Shown here one piece after another: positions 35,945 through 48,928 of a stretch of DNA of 64,000 bases; the first letter of the stretch is position 1; each line of letters starts with the position of its first letter. The DNA is from Chiloscyllium plagiosum (taxonomy: Eukaryota), in assembly GCF_004010195.1 (NCBI RefSeq), contig NC_057750.1, forward strand, positions 763,145 to 827,144, written 5' to 3'. The notes under the pieces are model-generated. The model was given only the letters and a program-made list of their open reading frames with translations, was not told where the DNA came from and did no database searches. Both the position numbers and the translations under genes were made by a program.

Positions 35945-36110
35945 GATCACCTTGTCATTATCTCGGTTCCACTTGTGGGATCCTACTGTGTACAAATTGG
36001 CTGCCACGTTTCTTACATTCAGCAGTGAAAACATGTCAGATGTAGTTCATTGGTTGCAAAGTACTTTGGGGTGTCCTGAGGTTAGGAAAGGTGCTATATA
36101 AATGTATTTC
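35945..36110 (+). mobile_element. SacSINE1/DeuSINE-like 3' fragment
   Basis: tgtgggatcctactgtgtacaaattggctgcc...ctttggggtgtcctgaggtt..gaaaggtgctatataaatg. Confidence 0.75.
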
Positions 36111-36597
36111 AGAAACTGTTTTCCACTTTAGTATCGAATGCTTTGTTTACTTGTGCCAATTTTGATTTCGCTGTTGAATCTGCAACCATCCAAACCATGA
36201 GAACAGCAGTGGTAATGAATGCTTCTCTGAACTTGCTTTAGAGTTTAACGTTCCAAAGAGAAGATCTTCGCTGCTCTGACTCCTTTTGTCCAGTTGTCCT
36301 GGGCATTTCTGATGGCTCAGCCCACCTTCCAAAATGCCTCTCTTCTTCTGTCTAAACTCAAAAGGGACCAGGGTTTTGAACTCCAGGATTCCTGACCAGG
36401 AGTTGCCGTGGGGAGTCTGGCCTCTTTCTCTGAATAACCATCCATCTGAAAGGGATGTAGAGAGGCAGCTGACTGACTCCCACCTCCTTGGTCCTTTGGA
36501 TGCTTACGGCAGCAGTCCTCATGAGGGCTGAAAAACGCAGCCCATTCCTTCACTGACATGGCTCTCCTCACTATTCTAGAGTCACCATTCCTGCTGC

Positions 36598-36955
36598 TTT
36601 TTAATTCATTCATTCACAGAATGAGGGTGTCGCTGGCTGGGCCAGCATTTATTGCCCATCCCTAATTGCCCAGAGGGCTGTTAGAAATCAGCCAAATTGC
36701 TGTGGGTCTGGAGTCACATGTAGTCCAGGCCAGGTAAGGATGGCAATTTCCTTCCCTAAAGGACATTAGTGACCCAAATGGGATTTCCCAACAATCAGCA
36801 ACAGATTCATGGTCATCATTAGACTCCAGATTTTTAAAAAGTGAATTCAAATTCCACCACCTACTGCAGTGGGATTCAAACGTGGGTCCCCAAAGCATTA
36901 GCTGGGTCTCTACAATAAGGACCCAGTGATAACATCACTCAGCTATTGCTTCCCC
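36598..36955 (-). mobile_element. MER131-like SINE, near full length
   Basis: tRNA-like head (reverse complement gtttgaatcccac), conserved core, and tail caattagggatgggcaataaatgctggcccagccagcgacaccctcattctgtgaatgaat shared with LINE family B. Confidence 0.75.
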
Positions 36956-37593
36956 ATGCCATGTAAGGGTCGATCGGAGTGTATAAATAGATCCTTTCAG
37001 TAATGCACTGCAATTGCCTCAGAGATTCATTAAATATTTGATTTGATTTAAATTATTATTGTCACATATACCTAGGTACAGTGATAAGTTTTGTTTTGGA
37101 GGCAGATCATACCCGTCAAACATCATAGTGTGATTGAACAGAGCGAGGAATATTTTGAATCTTTAGGCAATCATCTCCAGTCCCCACCCTGAGGAATGGC
37201 TTACTGCCTGGAGCTCAAACAGGGTCCAAGCACAGCCTGATGGGTCAGTGTATCCATTTTAATGCCCACTCCGTCCAATTCCTCCGAATACAGTTTTGCA
37301 TTTCCCAATCTCCACGTGCCATTGAGATGAGAATTCACCTTCATACCTCCTGTGGCCTCAGGAGTGAGAGACTGTTCTCACTTTTCCATCCATAGACTTT
37401 GTCAAGCGAGACTTTGCCATAATCCAGTCACACACCTGGAGCCATCCAATCCTCGTGATTCAGTTTTCAGTTTATCAATAATGAAAACATCTATTACTGT
37501 CACTTGAAAAAATTGATAATTTTACCGCAAAAATGGTTACTTACCAGAGTTGCAAACAGTCACGAGAACACTCCAAAAACCATAAACTCTCTG

Positions 37594-37870
37594 ACAGTGG
37601 GTTAGTGGTTAACACTGCTGCCTCACAGCGCCAGGCACCCGGCTTTGATTTCAGCCTTGGGTGACTGCCTGTGTGGAGTTTGCACATTCTCCCCGAGTCT
37701 GCGTGGGTTTCCTCCGGGTGTTCCAGTTTCCTCCCACAATCCAAAGATGTGCAGGTGAGGGTGGATTGGCCATGGGGCAGGAGAATGGGCCCTGAGTGGG
37801 ATGCTATTTAGAGGGTCAGTGGGTCTTGATGGGCTGAATGGCCTGATTCCCCATTGTAGGGGTTCTAAGA
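37594..37870 (+). mobile_element. HE1-like SINE
   Basis: agtggttaacactgctgcctcacagcgccagg...tgtggagtttgcacattctcccc...cattgtaggggttctaagatt. Confidence 0.9.
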
Positions 37871-38429
37871 TTTCCTAATTCACATTCCATCAACCTGCCC
37901 CAGCGAGCTCCTGCCTCTTCTTTCAAAGAAACAAGCTTGTAAACGTTGTGGGTGGAAACTATTTACTGGCAAACAACACGATGCTCATACTGATCAACTG
38001 CTGTAGATTTGGAACAATGAATGGGCAATTAGCTTGATTCTGGTTCCCAGTTCATATGCAGATTGCAAACAATTTATCGGTAATATAAATGTCATTAAAA
38101 GTCAGTTTGACTGATGTGGCAGTGCTGTGAGTCAGAGACTACACATTCCAATCTTAATCTGAACAGAACCCAGATTACAGTCCAAAATGCTGATCTTCAG
38201 CTGTTAAACCAGGACCCCATTTTTCCACTATCAATTGTGCAAGGCTAGAATTTTCTCTGTGTCACGGGAAATAATTACAGCCTGTTAGTCTCTGTCAGTG
38301 CTCAGCCTAACACCAGTTTTAGGATGGTATCAGCATTGGAGCAAGGCAGCATCATACACCTCTCAAAGCTGTTCTATCATTCAGTTAGATCAAGGTCACC
38401 CTGTACCTTTATTCCATTGACCCACTTCC

Positions 38430-38520
38430 ATTCCTCGGATGCTGCCTGACCTGGTGTGCTTTTCCAGCACCACTCTAATATAACCTCTGGTTTCCAGCAT
38501 CTGCAGTGCTCACGTTTGCC
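38430..38520 (+). mobile_element. PLE terminal-repeat fragment (subfamily A)
   Basis: cctcggatgctgcctgacctggtgtgcttttccagcaccactc...ccagcatctgcagt. Confidence 0.75.
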
Positions 38521-38849
38521 CACTTTCAATCCCTTCTGCTCCATATCCCTGACATTTAACCGGGATGAGTTCACAGTGTTTCCTTGAGTGATCCCGGTGG
38601 AGGTGTAAGGCATTTAGCAACGATAGGATGTTCTGTGGTGAAGTGATGCAGCTTTAAGGGGTTTCTCTTGCATTACTGTTGGTCGCTCCCCATCTCGTCA
38701 GTATGTAGTGAATTGGTCTCATCACAGCGAGCAGTAACGGACAAAGACGGCTCTCTGAGTGAACATTGTCTGGGATTAGTCATACCTTTGGCTAAAGAAC
38801 CCAATTCATTGTTTCACCGATCTCTCTGTGTTTACGTCAAAGGGAAATC

Positions 38850-39225
38850 CTAAGCACTTCACCATCGATGAAGCAATTCTGACTCGCTGTCCAAATGTAT
38901 GAGGCAGAGCGGCCCGGTCATACACAGCAAGATCCCACCAACAGCAATGTGATAATGGCCAGATGAGCTGCATTTGTCTGGGATGGTGTTTGAGGGAGGG
39001 CCATGAAATAGTATCATATTATTTCTTTATATCCTTCTGAGGAGACAGAAAATCGACCATCACATATAAAAGCTAACACCTCGGAGAGTGCAACATTCCC
39101 TTGGTTATGAGTAATTCAGGATTAGATTCCCAACAGCCAAGGGGTATCAGACTCGATCTTCGTTCTCAAGGTCTGCAGTGAAACTTGAACCCACCAGAGA
39201 CCGGAGTATTATGCACTGAACAAGA
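38850..39225 (-). mobile_element. Degenerate SacSINE1/DeuSINE-like SINE
   Basis: cacagcaagatcccaccaacagcaatgtgataatggccagat core; acttgaacccac B-box complement. Confidence 0.65.
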
Positions 39226-39600
39226 TAGCTAGCATGCAATGTTTATGGCTGGGTCTATTTCTCCCATTCCCTAACTTTGTTTCTTTTACATCTCACTTTT
39301 CCATGTCTCTGTTTCACATTTTCTGCAGCATTTTCCTTTCCCAGTATTGCAGTCTCCCGTACTCGGTCCTAACTGAATCCCAGACCATACCCTCAATAAG
39401 AGGACCAAAAGCACATGCAAATACTGGGATTCATGTTAGAGAGACTCCAAATGCTACCAAAACATTACAGCTCATTTTTGTTTACATCTAATGTAAGAGA
39501 AGCATCTAATAAACTGTGTTTGTACCGAACCCTGGATCCTACCGCAGTGCTGGGTACCAGCCTGAAAACTGTCAATTCTCATCTGGATTCACAGCTGTTA

Positions 39601-40347
39601 GAACTTAGAAAATAGGACAATTAAAGAGCAATGCAGGCCCTTTGGCCCTCAATGTTTCACTGACCTGTAAAATCACTCTGAAGCCTCTCAATCCCACTAT
39701 TCCATTCTCATCCATATGTTTATCCAATGACCATTTAAATGCCCTTAAGTTTGGCAAGTCTACTACTTTTGCAGGCAGGGTGTTCCATGCCCCTACTATT
39801 CTCAAAGAAACTACCTCTGACATCTGTCCTATATCTATCACCCCTCACTTTAAAGCTATGTCCCCTTGTGCTAGCCATCACCATCCGTGGAAAAAGTCTC
39901 TCACTGTCCACCCGATCTAACCCTCTGAATATCTTAAATGTCTCAAATAAGTCAACTCTCAACCTTCCTCTCTCAAACGAAAACAGCCTCAAGTCCCTCA
40001 GCCTTTCCACAAAAGACCTTCCCCCCATACCAGTTAATATCCTAGTAAATGTCCTCTGCCCACTTTCCAAAGCTTCCACATTCTTCCCTGTAATGCGGTG
40101 ACCAGAACTGTATGCAATACTCCCAAGTGCGACCGCACCAGAGTTTTGCACAGCTGCAACATGACCCCGTGGCTTCGAAACGCAATCCCTCTACCAATAA
40201 AAGCGAACACACTGTATGCCTTCTTAACAACCCTGTCAACCTGGGTAGCAACTTTCAGCGATCTATGTACCTGGACACCGAGATCTCTCTGCTCAGTAAC
40301 AATACCAAGAATCTCACCATTCGCCCAGTACTCTGTATTCCTGTTAC
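39601..40347 (-). mobile_element. CR1 LINE 3' fragment
   Basis: EQRDLGVQVHRSLKVATQVDRVVKKAY; RLRDLRLFSFERGRLR; STRGHSFK. Confidence 0.93.
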
Positions 40348-40552
40348 GCCTTCTGATGTTCTTTCCAGTGTTGATGATAATCCAACAGGTTTGGGAGGCG
40401 GAAGAACTCTGTCCAGCAATACACTCCTCCAATAACCTATACCCCCTCTCCCCAAATACTCCTGACTTCAGGAATGTGACAATTGGAAATAATGTCCAGA
40501 AGGAGAGATCACTTATATCATAGACATGCTCCAAAACAAAGAAATTGTTGAC

Positions 40553-40650
40553 ACTCCCTCTCCTGGGTCACCTTCTCCCCATGGCTGGCATGGTCTTTGC
40601 TGCAAGGCAAATCCAAGAGAAAGTTCAAGAACAACATTGGGATGTTTACA
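40553..40650 (+). mobile_element. Short RTE-clade RT fragment
   Basis: MVFAARQIQEKVQEQHWDVY matches the RTE motif DMIF..RQLQEKCREQ..LY. Confidence 0.65.
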
Positions 40651-42056
40651 AAAACATGGAATGGATCACAGAGGAGAATGGAGTCCGAATACATTGTGTT
40701 TCCCTGCATCCTCTGTTTGGTCAGTTCCAGCAATGTGCACAGAGCTGTTAGCTTCCACTCTGGGTTCGGGAACAGACATGCCCCACCCCTCCCCATTCTC
40801 TTCCTGCCAAAAAGACTCATTGAAGCTCACCTTTTAAGCCAAATTTGGCCAGTCTCTTTAACTACAGAGGCTCACTGATTGGTCTTTTACTTGGATTGAC
40901 ATGGGTCCAGTAAGGGCATGTTACTCAGGCTAATAGCACTGGAAACGTTAATGTTGAAGTTGTATTAAACTCCATCCATGCTGATGATGTCACAGTCTGT
41001 GGGTGAAGTCTAGTATGGGGTCGTGATGGAGACCGATGAGTCATCTCTGGCTCCTGGTCTTTCTATTTACAAAGACTAACTGGCCAACGCCTCTTCCCAC
41101 ATCATTGTGGAACAAGCGACTGTCACACTCCATGAACACCCTAATGATATGCTCCTTCAGTTTCATTTATTGAAAACAATCTCACTTTGTAAGAGGAACA
41201 GCTCATCCTCGAGTCCCTGTTGTGCTTTCACACAGTAACATTGGCACTTTAAGCAGCATTTAAATACCTCGAGGAATGAGCTCTAACAGGGCCAAGGCCA
41301 GTAACAGCTCATCAACCGTACTGATTACAAATGTATCAAGACTGCGAGATAGGCAGTGGCTTTTGAAGTTTCATAGCTGGGTACCTACAGAAACTCAAGA
41401 TTCACACAAGCTTTTTAACAACCAAAACCACAGGTGGCCTTTTCACTATCTCTCTTTCTGCAGAGAATCTCTTTAATGCCACTGTATAAGCTAGTTAGTT
41501 TATAGGAGGATAATGAGTGGGTGGGTAGTGGGACCCAACTGGGACCTCTCTTGCTCAAAATGAAAGGGTTAATGAATATCTCCACTAAATATTCCACATT
41601 CTTCTCTATTTCATCTCCAGCCTGCTGGTTAATGTTTCTTATTATTTATTTCAAATCAAGTCCTGATTTATTTTACATAAAAGCCAAACACAGGTAAGCA
41701 ATGTGTTGATCATACAGGGAGGATTTCGCTCCTGACTGAGTGATAAATGGGGCTCCCAAAAAAGTGCCCTTAGCTGTCATTTATGGTAAGTAGCAATGCT
41801 TTGTGAAGTCGCTGATGGTAAGTTATTTATTTGCTACGACTTTCTGACTTCTTTCAGTAGATTGAGAGACACAAATAGTTGTAACTTTGCTGTTTTGGTG
41901 GCACCCCTCTGAGTGCCACGGGCACTTCTCGTCAGCCATTGAGGAGGGCTGTAGTACCAGGCCGCCTAATGTGAAGGAACAGCAAGAGGCCAATGGCAGA
42001 AAATCATTGAGTGCAGGTGGCAGTATAGGGTAGCCCAAGCTTTCAGAACATAGACA

Positions 42057-42210
42057 TGGTGGCATAATGATAGGGTCACTGGATGGGCAACTCAGAGCCC
42101 CAGGCTAATGTTCAAAGGCCCTGGGTTCAAATCGCACCTGAGCAAGAGGTGCCATTTCAATTCAGTACAATCTGCAATAAAGTGGGCTGAAAATCTGATG
42201 GCCATGTCAA
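42057..42210 (+). mobile_element. MER131-like SINE 5' part (3' part at 44166-44335)
   Basis: tggtggcataatg...ccaggctaatg...ctgggttcaaatc head. Confidence 0.6.
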
Positions 42211-42213
42211 TGA

Positions 42214-42480
42214 CAGAGTCATAGAGATGTACAGAATGGAGACAAACCCTTTGATCCAAATTACCCAAGCTAACCATAAATCTTAATTAATTTAGCCCAT
42301 TTCCTTCTAAACTCTTCCTTTACATACACCCATCAAAACGCTTTTTAAATGTTGTCATTGTGCTAACTCCACCAACTCCTCTGGCAGCTTATTCTCCATA
42401 CGCAAACCATCCTCTGTGTGAAGAAGTTGCCCCTTAGGTCCCTTTTAAATCTTTCCCCTCTCACCCTAAACCTATGCCCT
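42214..42480 (-). mobile_element. HER1/CR1 3' end
   Basis: agagtcatagagatgtacag tail; aagttgccccttaggtcccttttaaatc. Confidence 0.88.
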
Positions 42481-44165
42481 TGTAGAAGCCCATCTGAATC
42501 AATATGAAGTAATTAGGCAAGATTTAGGATGCATAGGATGGGGAAGGGAATTGCAGGAGATGGGCCCAATCGAAATTTGGAGCTTATTCAAGGAACAGCT
42601 ACTGCAGGTCCTTGATAAGTAAGTACCTGTCAGGCAATGACGAAGTTATCAAGCAAGGGAGCCATGGTTTACGAAAGAAGTTGAATCTCTTGTCAAGAGG
42701 AAGAAGAAGGTTTATGTTAGGATGAGGTGTGATGGCTCGGTTAGGGCACCTGAGAGTTACAAGGTAACTAAAGAGCGAGCTAAGAGCCAGGAGGGGACAG
42801 GAAAGGATCAAGGGAAACCCTATGCCTTACTTCGGTTGTGGGAAGGTTGGAAAATGTTGGAAAAGGTTATAAGGGTAAGGATTTATAATCATCTAGAAAG
42901 GACTAAGTTGATTAGGGATAGTCAGTACGGTTTTGTGAAGGGTAGGTCGTGCCTCATAAATCTTATTGAATTCTTTGAGAAGGTGACAAAACAGGTGGAT
43001 GAGGGTTAAGTGGTTGATGTGGTGTATATGGATTTCAGTAAGGTGTTTGATAAGGTTCCCCACGGTAGGCTATTGCACAAAATATGGAGGCATGGGATTG
43101 AGGGTGATTTAGTGCGTTGGATCAGAAATTGGCTCGCTAAAAGAAGACAGAGGGTGGCGGTTGATGGGAAATGTTCATCTTGGAGTTTAGTTACCAATGG
43201 GGTACTCAAGGATCTGTTTTGGGGCCACTGCTGTTTGTCATTTTTATGAATTACCTGGATGAGGGCATAGAAAGATGGGTTAGTAAATTTGAGGATGACA
43301 CTAAGGTCGGTAGAGTTGTGGATAGTGACGAAGGATGTTACAGAGAGACATAGATAAGCTGCAGAATTCGGCTGAGAGGTGGCAAATGGAGTTTAATAGG
43401 GAAATGTGTGAGGTGATTCACTTTGGAAGGAGTAACAGGAATGCAGAGTACTGAGCTAATGGTAAGATTCTTGGTAGTGTAGATGAGCAGAGAGATCTCC
43501 ATATCCAGGTACATAGATCCCTGAAAATTGCCTCCCAGGTTGGTAGGATTGTTAAGAAGATATACAGTTTGTTAGCCTTTATTGGAAGAGCGATTGAATT
43601 TCAGAACCATGAGGTCATGCTGCAGCTGTACAAAACTCTGGTGCGGCCGCACTTGGAGTATTGCATACAGTTCTGGTCACTGCATTACAGGAAGGATGTG
43701 GAAGCTTTGGAAAGGATTCAGAGGGGATTTACTAGGATGTTGCCTGGTATGGAGGGAAGGTCTTACAGGGAAAGGCTAAGGGACTTGAGGCTGCTTTCGT
43801 TAGAGAGAAAAAGGTTGTGAGATAACTTAATTGAGACATATAAGATATTCAGAGGGTTAGATAGGGTGGCTAGTGAGAGCCTTTTTCCTTAGATGGTGAT
43901 GGCTAGCTTGAGCAGATATATCTTTAAACTGAGGGGTGATAGATATAGGACAGATGTCAGAGAGTAGTCGGGGTGTGGAACATCCTGACTGCAACAATAA
44001 TAGACTCGCTATCTTTAAGGGCATTTAAATGGTCATTGGATAAACATATGGATGAAAATGGAAAAGAAAAGGTTAGATTGGCTTCAGATTGGTTTCACAG
44101 GTTGGTGCAACATCAAGGGCTGAAGGCTCTGTACTGTGCTGGAATGTTCTATGTTTCTATGTTCT
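42481..44165 (+). mobile_element. CR1 LINE with RT domain, deletions and frameshifts
   Basis: SQYGFVKGRSCLINLIEFF; VDVVYMDFSKVFDKVPH; QGSVLGPLLF; KFEDDTK; (ttctatg)n tail. Confidence 0.95.
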
Positions 44166-44335
44166 ACTACTGTTCTTTAGGGAAGGAAACTGACATGTTT
44201 ACCCAGTCTGGTCTGCATGTGACTCCAGACCCACAGCAATGTGGTTGACTCTTAACTACCCTCAGAGCAATTAGGGATGGACAATAAATGCTGGACTTGC
44301 CAATGATACCCTCATCCTGTGAATAAACCAGAAAA
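44166..44335 (+). mobile_element. MER131-like SINE 3' part
   Basis: ctttagggaaggaaa...catgtgactccagacccacagcaatgtggttgactcttaact...gcaattagggatggacaataaatgctgg. Confidence 0.78.
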
Positions 44336-44369
44336 AACAAGTTGAGTAAGCCCACAGAGCTCGTTGAAG

Positions 44370-44690
44370 AAAAGAAACAGAAATTGCTATAAAAACTCAG
44401 CAGGTCTGGCAGCATCTGTGAGGAGAAATTAGAGTTAACATTTCGGATCCAGTGACCCTTCCTCAGAACTGATGGTATCCAGGAAAAGGTCAGTTTATGC
44501 AGAAGGTGAGTGTTGGGGGGAGGGTTAAGAAGTAAACGATAGGTAGAGATGGAGTCCAGAGAGAGAGAGAGAAACAGTTGGACAGAGAAAGGAGTGGGTA
44601 ATGATCTGGCTGGGAGAATGAATAGCTGTTAGTGGAGACTATTAGTGACTAACAATAGGCAGTGTGTAATAGCAGACCATGTGATAACAT
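44370..44690 (-). mobile_element. PLE terminal repeat and 3' UTR (subfamily D)
   Basis: Same arm as 30504-30650; contains a minus-strand hammerhead core. Confidence 0.72.
44434..44468 (-). ncRNA. Minimal type-I hammerhead ribozyme-like motif
   Basis: Reverse complement CTGAGGA-A-GGGTC-actg-GATCC-GAAA-tgtt; core residues present, activity untested. Confidence 0.5.
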
Positions 44691-44744
44691 GAGACCATTT
44701 CGACACACCTCTGGCAGTTGTTTCTTTACAGGTGCCCATGGGAC

Positions 44745-45160
44745 TCATGTTGAACAATCAACATCCTAGAGTTTACCATTTACCAAAAACTGAACTGGAC
44801 TCACCGCATAAACACAGTGATTACCGGAGCAGGTCAGAGGCTAGGAAACCTGCAGTGAGTAACTCACCTGCAGGTCAGAGGCTAGGAAACCTGCAGTGAG
44901 TAACTCACCTCCTGACTCCCCAAAACCTGTCCACTATCTACGAGGTACAAGTCAGGAGTGTGATGGAATACTCCCCACTTGGCTGGATGGATGCAGCTCC
45001 AACAACACTCAGGAAGTTTGACACCATCCAAGACAAAGCAACACATTTGGTTAATACCATAGTCACGAACATCCACTCCCTCCACTGCCAATGCTGAGTA
45101 GCTACATTGTGGACCATCTACGGGACACACTGCAACAACTCATGAAGGCTCCTTAGACAT
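44745..45160 (+). mobile_element. LINE family B, post-RT region, with a 41-bp tandem duplication
   Basis: LSTIYEVQVRSVMEYSPLGWMDAAPTTLRKFDTIQDKA; duplication at 44829-44910. Confidence 0.75.
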
Positions 45161-45282
45161 TGTGTGTGAAATCGGAGAAAGGCGATGTCATCTGGCCCGA
45201 GAATATGCTTCCCCATTCAATAACATCTTGGATGATGAATGTTTGCATTGAATTCCACATCCCCATTTACTCCCTTTGATGA

Positions 45283-45306
45283 CCCCCCCCCCCCCCCCCC
45301 CCCCCC
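45283..45306. repeat. poly(C) run, 24 nt
   Basis: Seen directly. Confidence 0.95.
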
Positions 45307-45944
45307 ACCGCCCCCCGAAAATAACAAGATTCTATTCACCTCCACCTGAAAAATATTCAATGCTCACTTTCGGAGGCAGTGTGTTGCTAACTCATACAAT
45401 CTATTAAGAGAAAAACACTCTCTATCTGAAAGGGTAACCCCTGATATTGAATCAACACCCCATTCAGGATCTGATGCACTTCAATCAGGTCAACCCCTCA
45501 CTCTGTAAACTCTAGTGGGAACCTACCTTTGTCTGTCCAACCTTTTGTTCATCAAGCAACCCACTCCTTCCAGGGATCAATCCAGTAAACCTCCTGTGAA
45601 TTACCTCCAATGCATTTCTCTCCTTCATTAAGTAAACAAGCAAACCTTCACACAGTATTGAGTTCCACCAATGTCCTGTATCACTGAGGCATACAATCCT
45701 CCCTTTTATGTTCAATTTTGTCTCATATTGAAGGCTAGCATCACATTAATCTTCTTGATTAGATGCAGTACCTGCAGATTAACCTTTTGGAATCAACTAC
45801 CAGAACATCTCAATCCCTCTGCTCCTCCGGATTCAGTAAATGTTCTCTGTTTAAGTTATATTGATTTTTATTATTCTTCTTGCCAATAAAGAACTTCATG
45901 CTTTCCACATTATACTCCATCTAGCAGATTCTTACCACTTTATA

Positions 45945-46432
45945 TAGAGTCATAGAGATGTACAGCACAGAAACAGACGCTTCAGTCCAACTCATCCATG
46001 CCAACCAGATATCCCAACCCAATCTAGTCCCATTTGCCAGGACTTGGCCCATATCCCTCCAAACCCTTCCTATTCATATACCCATCCAGATGACTTTTAA
46101 ATGTTGTAGTTGTAACAATCTCCACCACTTCCTCTGGCAGCTCATTTCATACACGTACCACCCTCTTTGTGAAAAAGTTGCCCCTTAGATCCCTTTTAAA
46201 TCTTTCCCCTCTCACCTTAAACCATGCCCTCTAGATCTAGATTCCCCCATCCAAGGAAAAGACTTTGTCTATTTATCCTAACCATGCCCCCCCCATGATT
46301 TTATAAACCTCTATAAGGTCACCCCCCTCAGCCTCTGACGCTCCAGGGAAAACAGCCCAAGGCTGTATAGGCTGTTTTCAACATCCATGTAAATCTTTTC
46401 TGAACCCTTTCAAGTTTCACAATATCCTTCTG
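45945..46432 (-). mobile_element. HER1/CR1 3' fragment inside an older minus-strand CR1 (~45240-46985)
   Basis: tagagtcatagagatgtacagc tail; aaacctctataaggtcacccc. Confidence 0.9.
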
Positions 46433-46439
46433 ACATATC

Positions 46440-46985
46440 CAAGACTAAAAGAACCGGCTCCCTGGTCAGTTCCAGAATGTGTTGCTCTAAGAAACTATCT
46501 TGAAAGCATTTGATGAACATTTCATCCAGGCTCTTATTGGCAATATGATTTTTTTCTCCAGTTTAGATGTAGATTAAAGTCAGTTTTGTTCACAAACATT
46601 CCTTTTTTACAAGTACACAATATTTCTTTTTGTTTACTTTGTCTCACAGTGTGGTTACTGTTCGGTAGCTTTAGTGACCTATTTTCCTTGCTATAGTCCA
46701 CTCCACCCAAACCAATCCTACATCCTGATCTTCTGAACCAAGGTCATCTCTAACTATAGCACAAGTACCAGCCCTCATTAACAATGCTACCCATCCACCT
46801 TTACCTAGTTTCGGACCTTTCTTGAATGTCATGTACCCCTCAATATTCAGGACCCAATGCTTGTTATCCTGAAGCCATGTCTCTATATGATCATCTTGAT
46901 TAACAACAATGACTGCTACCAATCTGTTTACTTTGTTATGAATTGTACGCATATTAAGGTACAGAAACGTAGTTTCGCATTGTTG
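46440..46985 (-). mobile_element. Degenerate CR1 APE endonuclease region
   Basis: RTIHNK...IETWLQD...LNIEGYMTF....GKGGWVAL. Confidence 0.8.
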
Positions 46986-47212
46986 CTATCTTTATTGCAT
47001 CATTATTGGTGTATTCCTTTCTTTTTCTGCCATTTTCTGACCCGCATTTTTCATATTACAATTCTCCTCACTTATTTTGTCTCTATGCTTTGATATTCCA
47101 CACCTTTCTGCATTTTATCACTTGCTTAAACTATTAAGCTGAAAACCCTCCCTGGTTCCCTAGCTATACACTTTCTAATACCCTTCAAACCCACAGTCAC
47201 ACCATCTAGAAG

Positions 47213-47442
47213 TGTCAAAAGTTGCACGACACCAGGTCATAATCCAATAGTGTTTATTTAGAAGTACAAGCTTTCGGAGTGCTGCTCTTTCGTCAGGTAA
47301 CCCCAAACCGAACCCTTCATTTGATGAAGCAGCAGCACTCTGAAAGTTTGGGATTTTCCAGGAATCTGTTGGACTGTAAGATAGTGATGTGTGATTTTCA
47401 ACAGTGTCCACGTCAGTCCAACACGGCATTTCCACATCATGC
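47213..47442. mobile_element. PLE fold-back mini-element (subfamily B) inserted in LINE family B
   Basis: gctttcggagtgctgctctttcgtcagg / tgatgaagcagcagcactctgaaag; 11-bp TSD ccatctagaag at 47202-47212 and 47443-47453. Confidence 0.8.
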
Positions 47443-47720
47443 CCATCTAGAAGGACAAGGGCTGCAGATACATGGGAACACCACCCCCTGCAAGCTCCTC
47501 TCCGGGCCGCTCACCATCCTAACTTGGAAATAAATTGCCGTTCTTTCCTGGGTCAGAATCCTGGAATTCCCTCCCTAGGGGCATTGTGGTTCAACCCACA
47601 GCACACGGACTGTAACGGTTCAACAAGGCAGCTCACCCCCATCCTCTCAAGGGGCAACTAGGGACATACAATAACTGCCAACCCCGTCAGAGATGCCTGT
47701 ATCCTTTGAATGAATATAAA
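47443..47720 (+). mobile_element. LINE family B 3' end
   Basis: PSRRTRAADTWEHHPLQAP..HHPNLE..RSF; tail ggcaactaggg...gaatgaat. Confidence 0.8.
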
Positions 47721-48928
47721 AGCTGAATTAACTGTTGATAAACCTTGACAGAGTAAGGGCTCAGGTTTCCAGGGGAGAGCCTCAACTGATTGTCCATTCT
47801 GCCTTTGACCAGCAATTCTGAAAAACATTACTGTTGATCATTTTATTATTTCTCGCATGATGGTGTTGGCTATCTGGGCCGATGAGATAGTCACACAGAA
47901 ACTCATTCCCTGATCCTCATTTTATCAGGGGCTGGGGGCAGAGAGATTGGGAGGAGTCAGACTGAGTTACAGAATGTGGGAAGCAGGATACAGGGGACCA
48001 GAGTATCTCTGAAACCTGATTCTCCGGTTTTTGAGATTCCCTTTTAACCCACTGTCATCACAATTCTATTTTTGACCATAAAGTTTGATATTAAATTGGC
48101 AGCTGCTATACCCATCAGCTAGACATCATTTTACTGAACTGCACAGGAAGGGAAGACCTACAGAAAATTCAATGTGGTCCCCGATGTGACACCACCTCCA
48201 CAGAGTTCACATTTTGGATAAGTCTGTGATTTCAGGGAATTGCACAGGGTTCAGCAGGTCAGTTTCTGCTAGCTGTGTTGATGATGGACACATTTATGTT
48301 CAGCATTTCAGAAACAAAAAAGTAGCAACTATGCTTTAATAATCCCCCAAATTATTGAAGTAACATCGCCATTACCAACCAATACAGATGGAAGACAAAA
48401 GACAAAGGGAACAGCAAAGGTATTTCTGCACAGTCTTCCAACAGAAGAAATTATATTGCACAGATAGGTGTGTTTAACATCAGTTAATACCGTAACATGC
48501 TGTTTGCGCTCTGTATATTAACAAGAAGTAATTCAAGATTTGTTAAACAATCTAGATACATTTTCCTTCAGGGCTTTTTGAATGAACATCTTTGCTTGGC
48601 TTATAACTAAACATCTTTTCTCAAATGAGCCAACATTTACTCATTTCCCAAGACCAACAGGGCCAGAATTTTAATTTAATCTGTTGCTGCTTCAGGTTTT
48701 TAATGCTTTATCTTTCCTTTGACAGATATCACAGAGTGTGAGAACTGATAATGTCGTTTTATTTTGAACAGTCATCATAAGTGGGTTTGCAATTTGACTC
48801 AATCATCTGAATGTAAATCTCATAATAGTTCCCCATAATGACCACACTCACAAGCACTCCCAGATCTGTCACATCCCCATGTTGCCCTAACTGCTGAGGA
48901 GTGCATGTGTGATGCCACTAGTCAACTA

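Noticed and set aside
41600..41825. Plus-strand acceptor and three GTAAG donor-like sites
   Set aside because: The enclosed sequence is AT-rich with no convincing reading frame or partner exons
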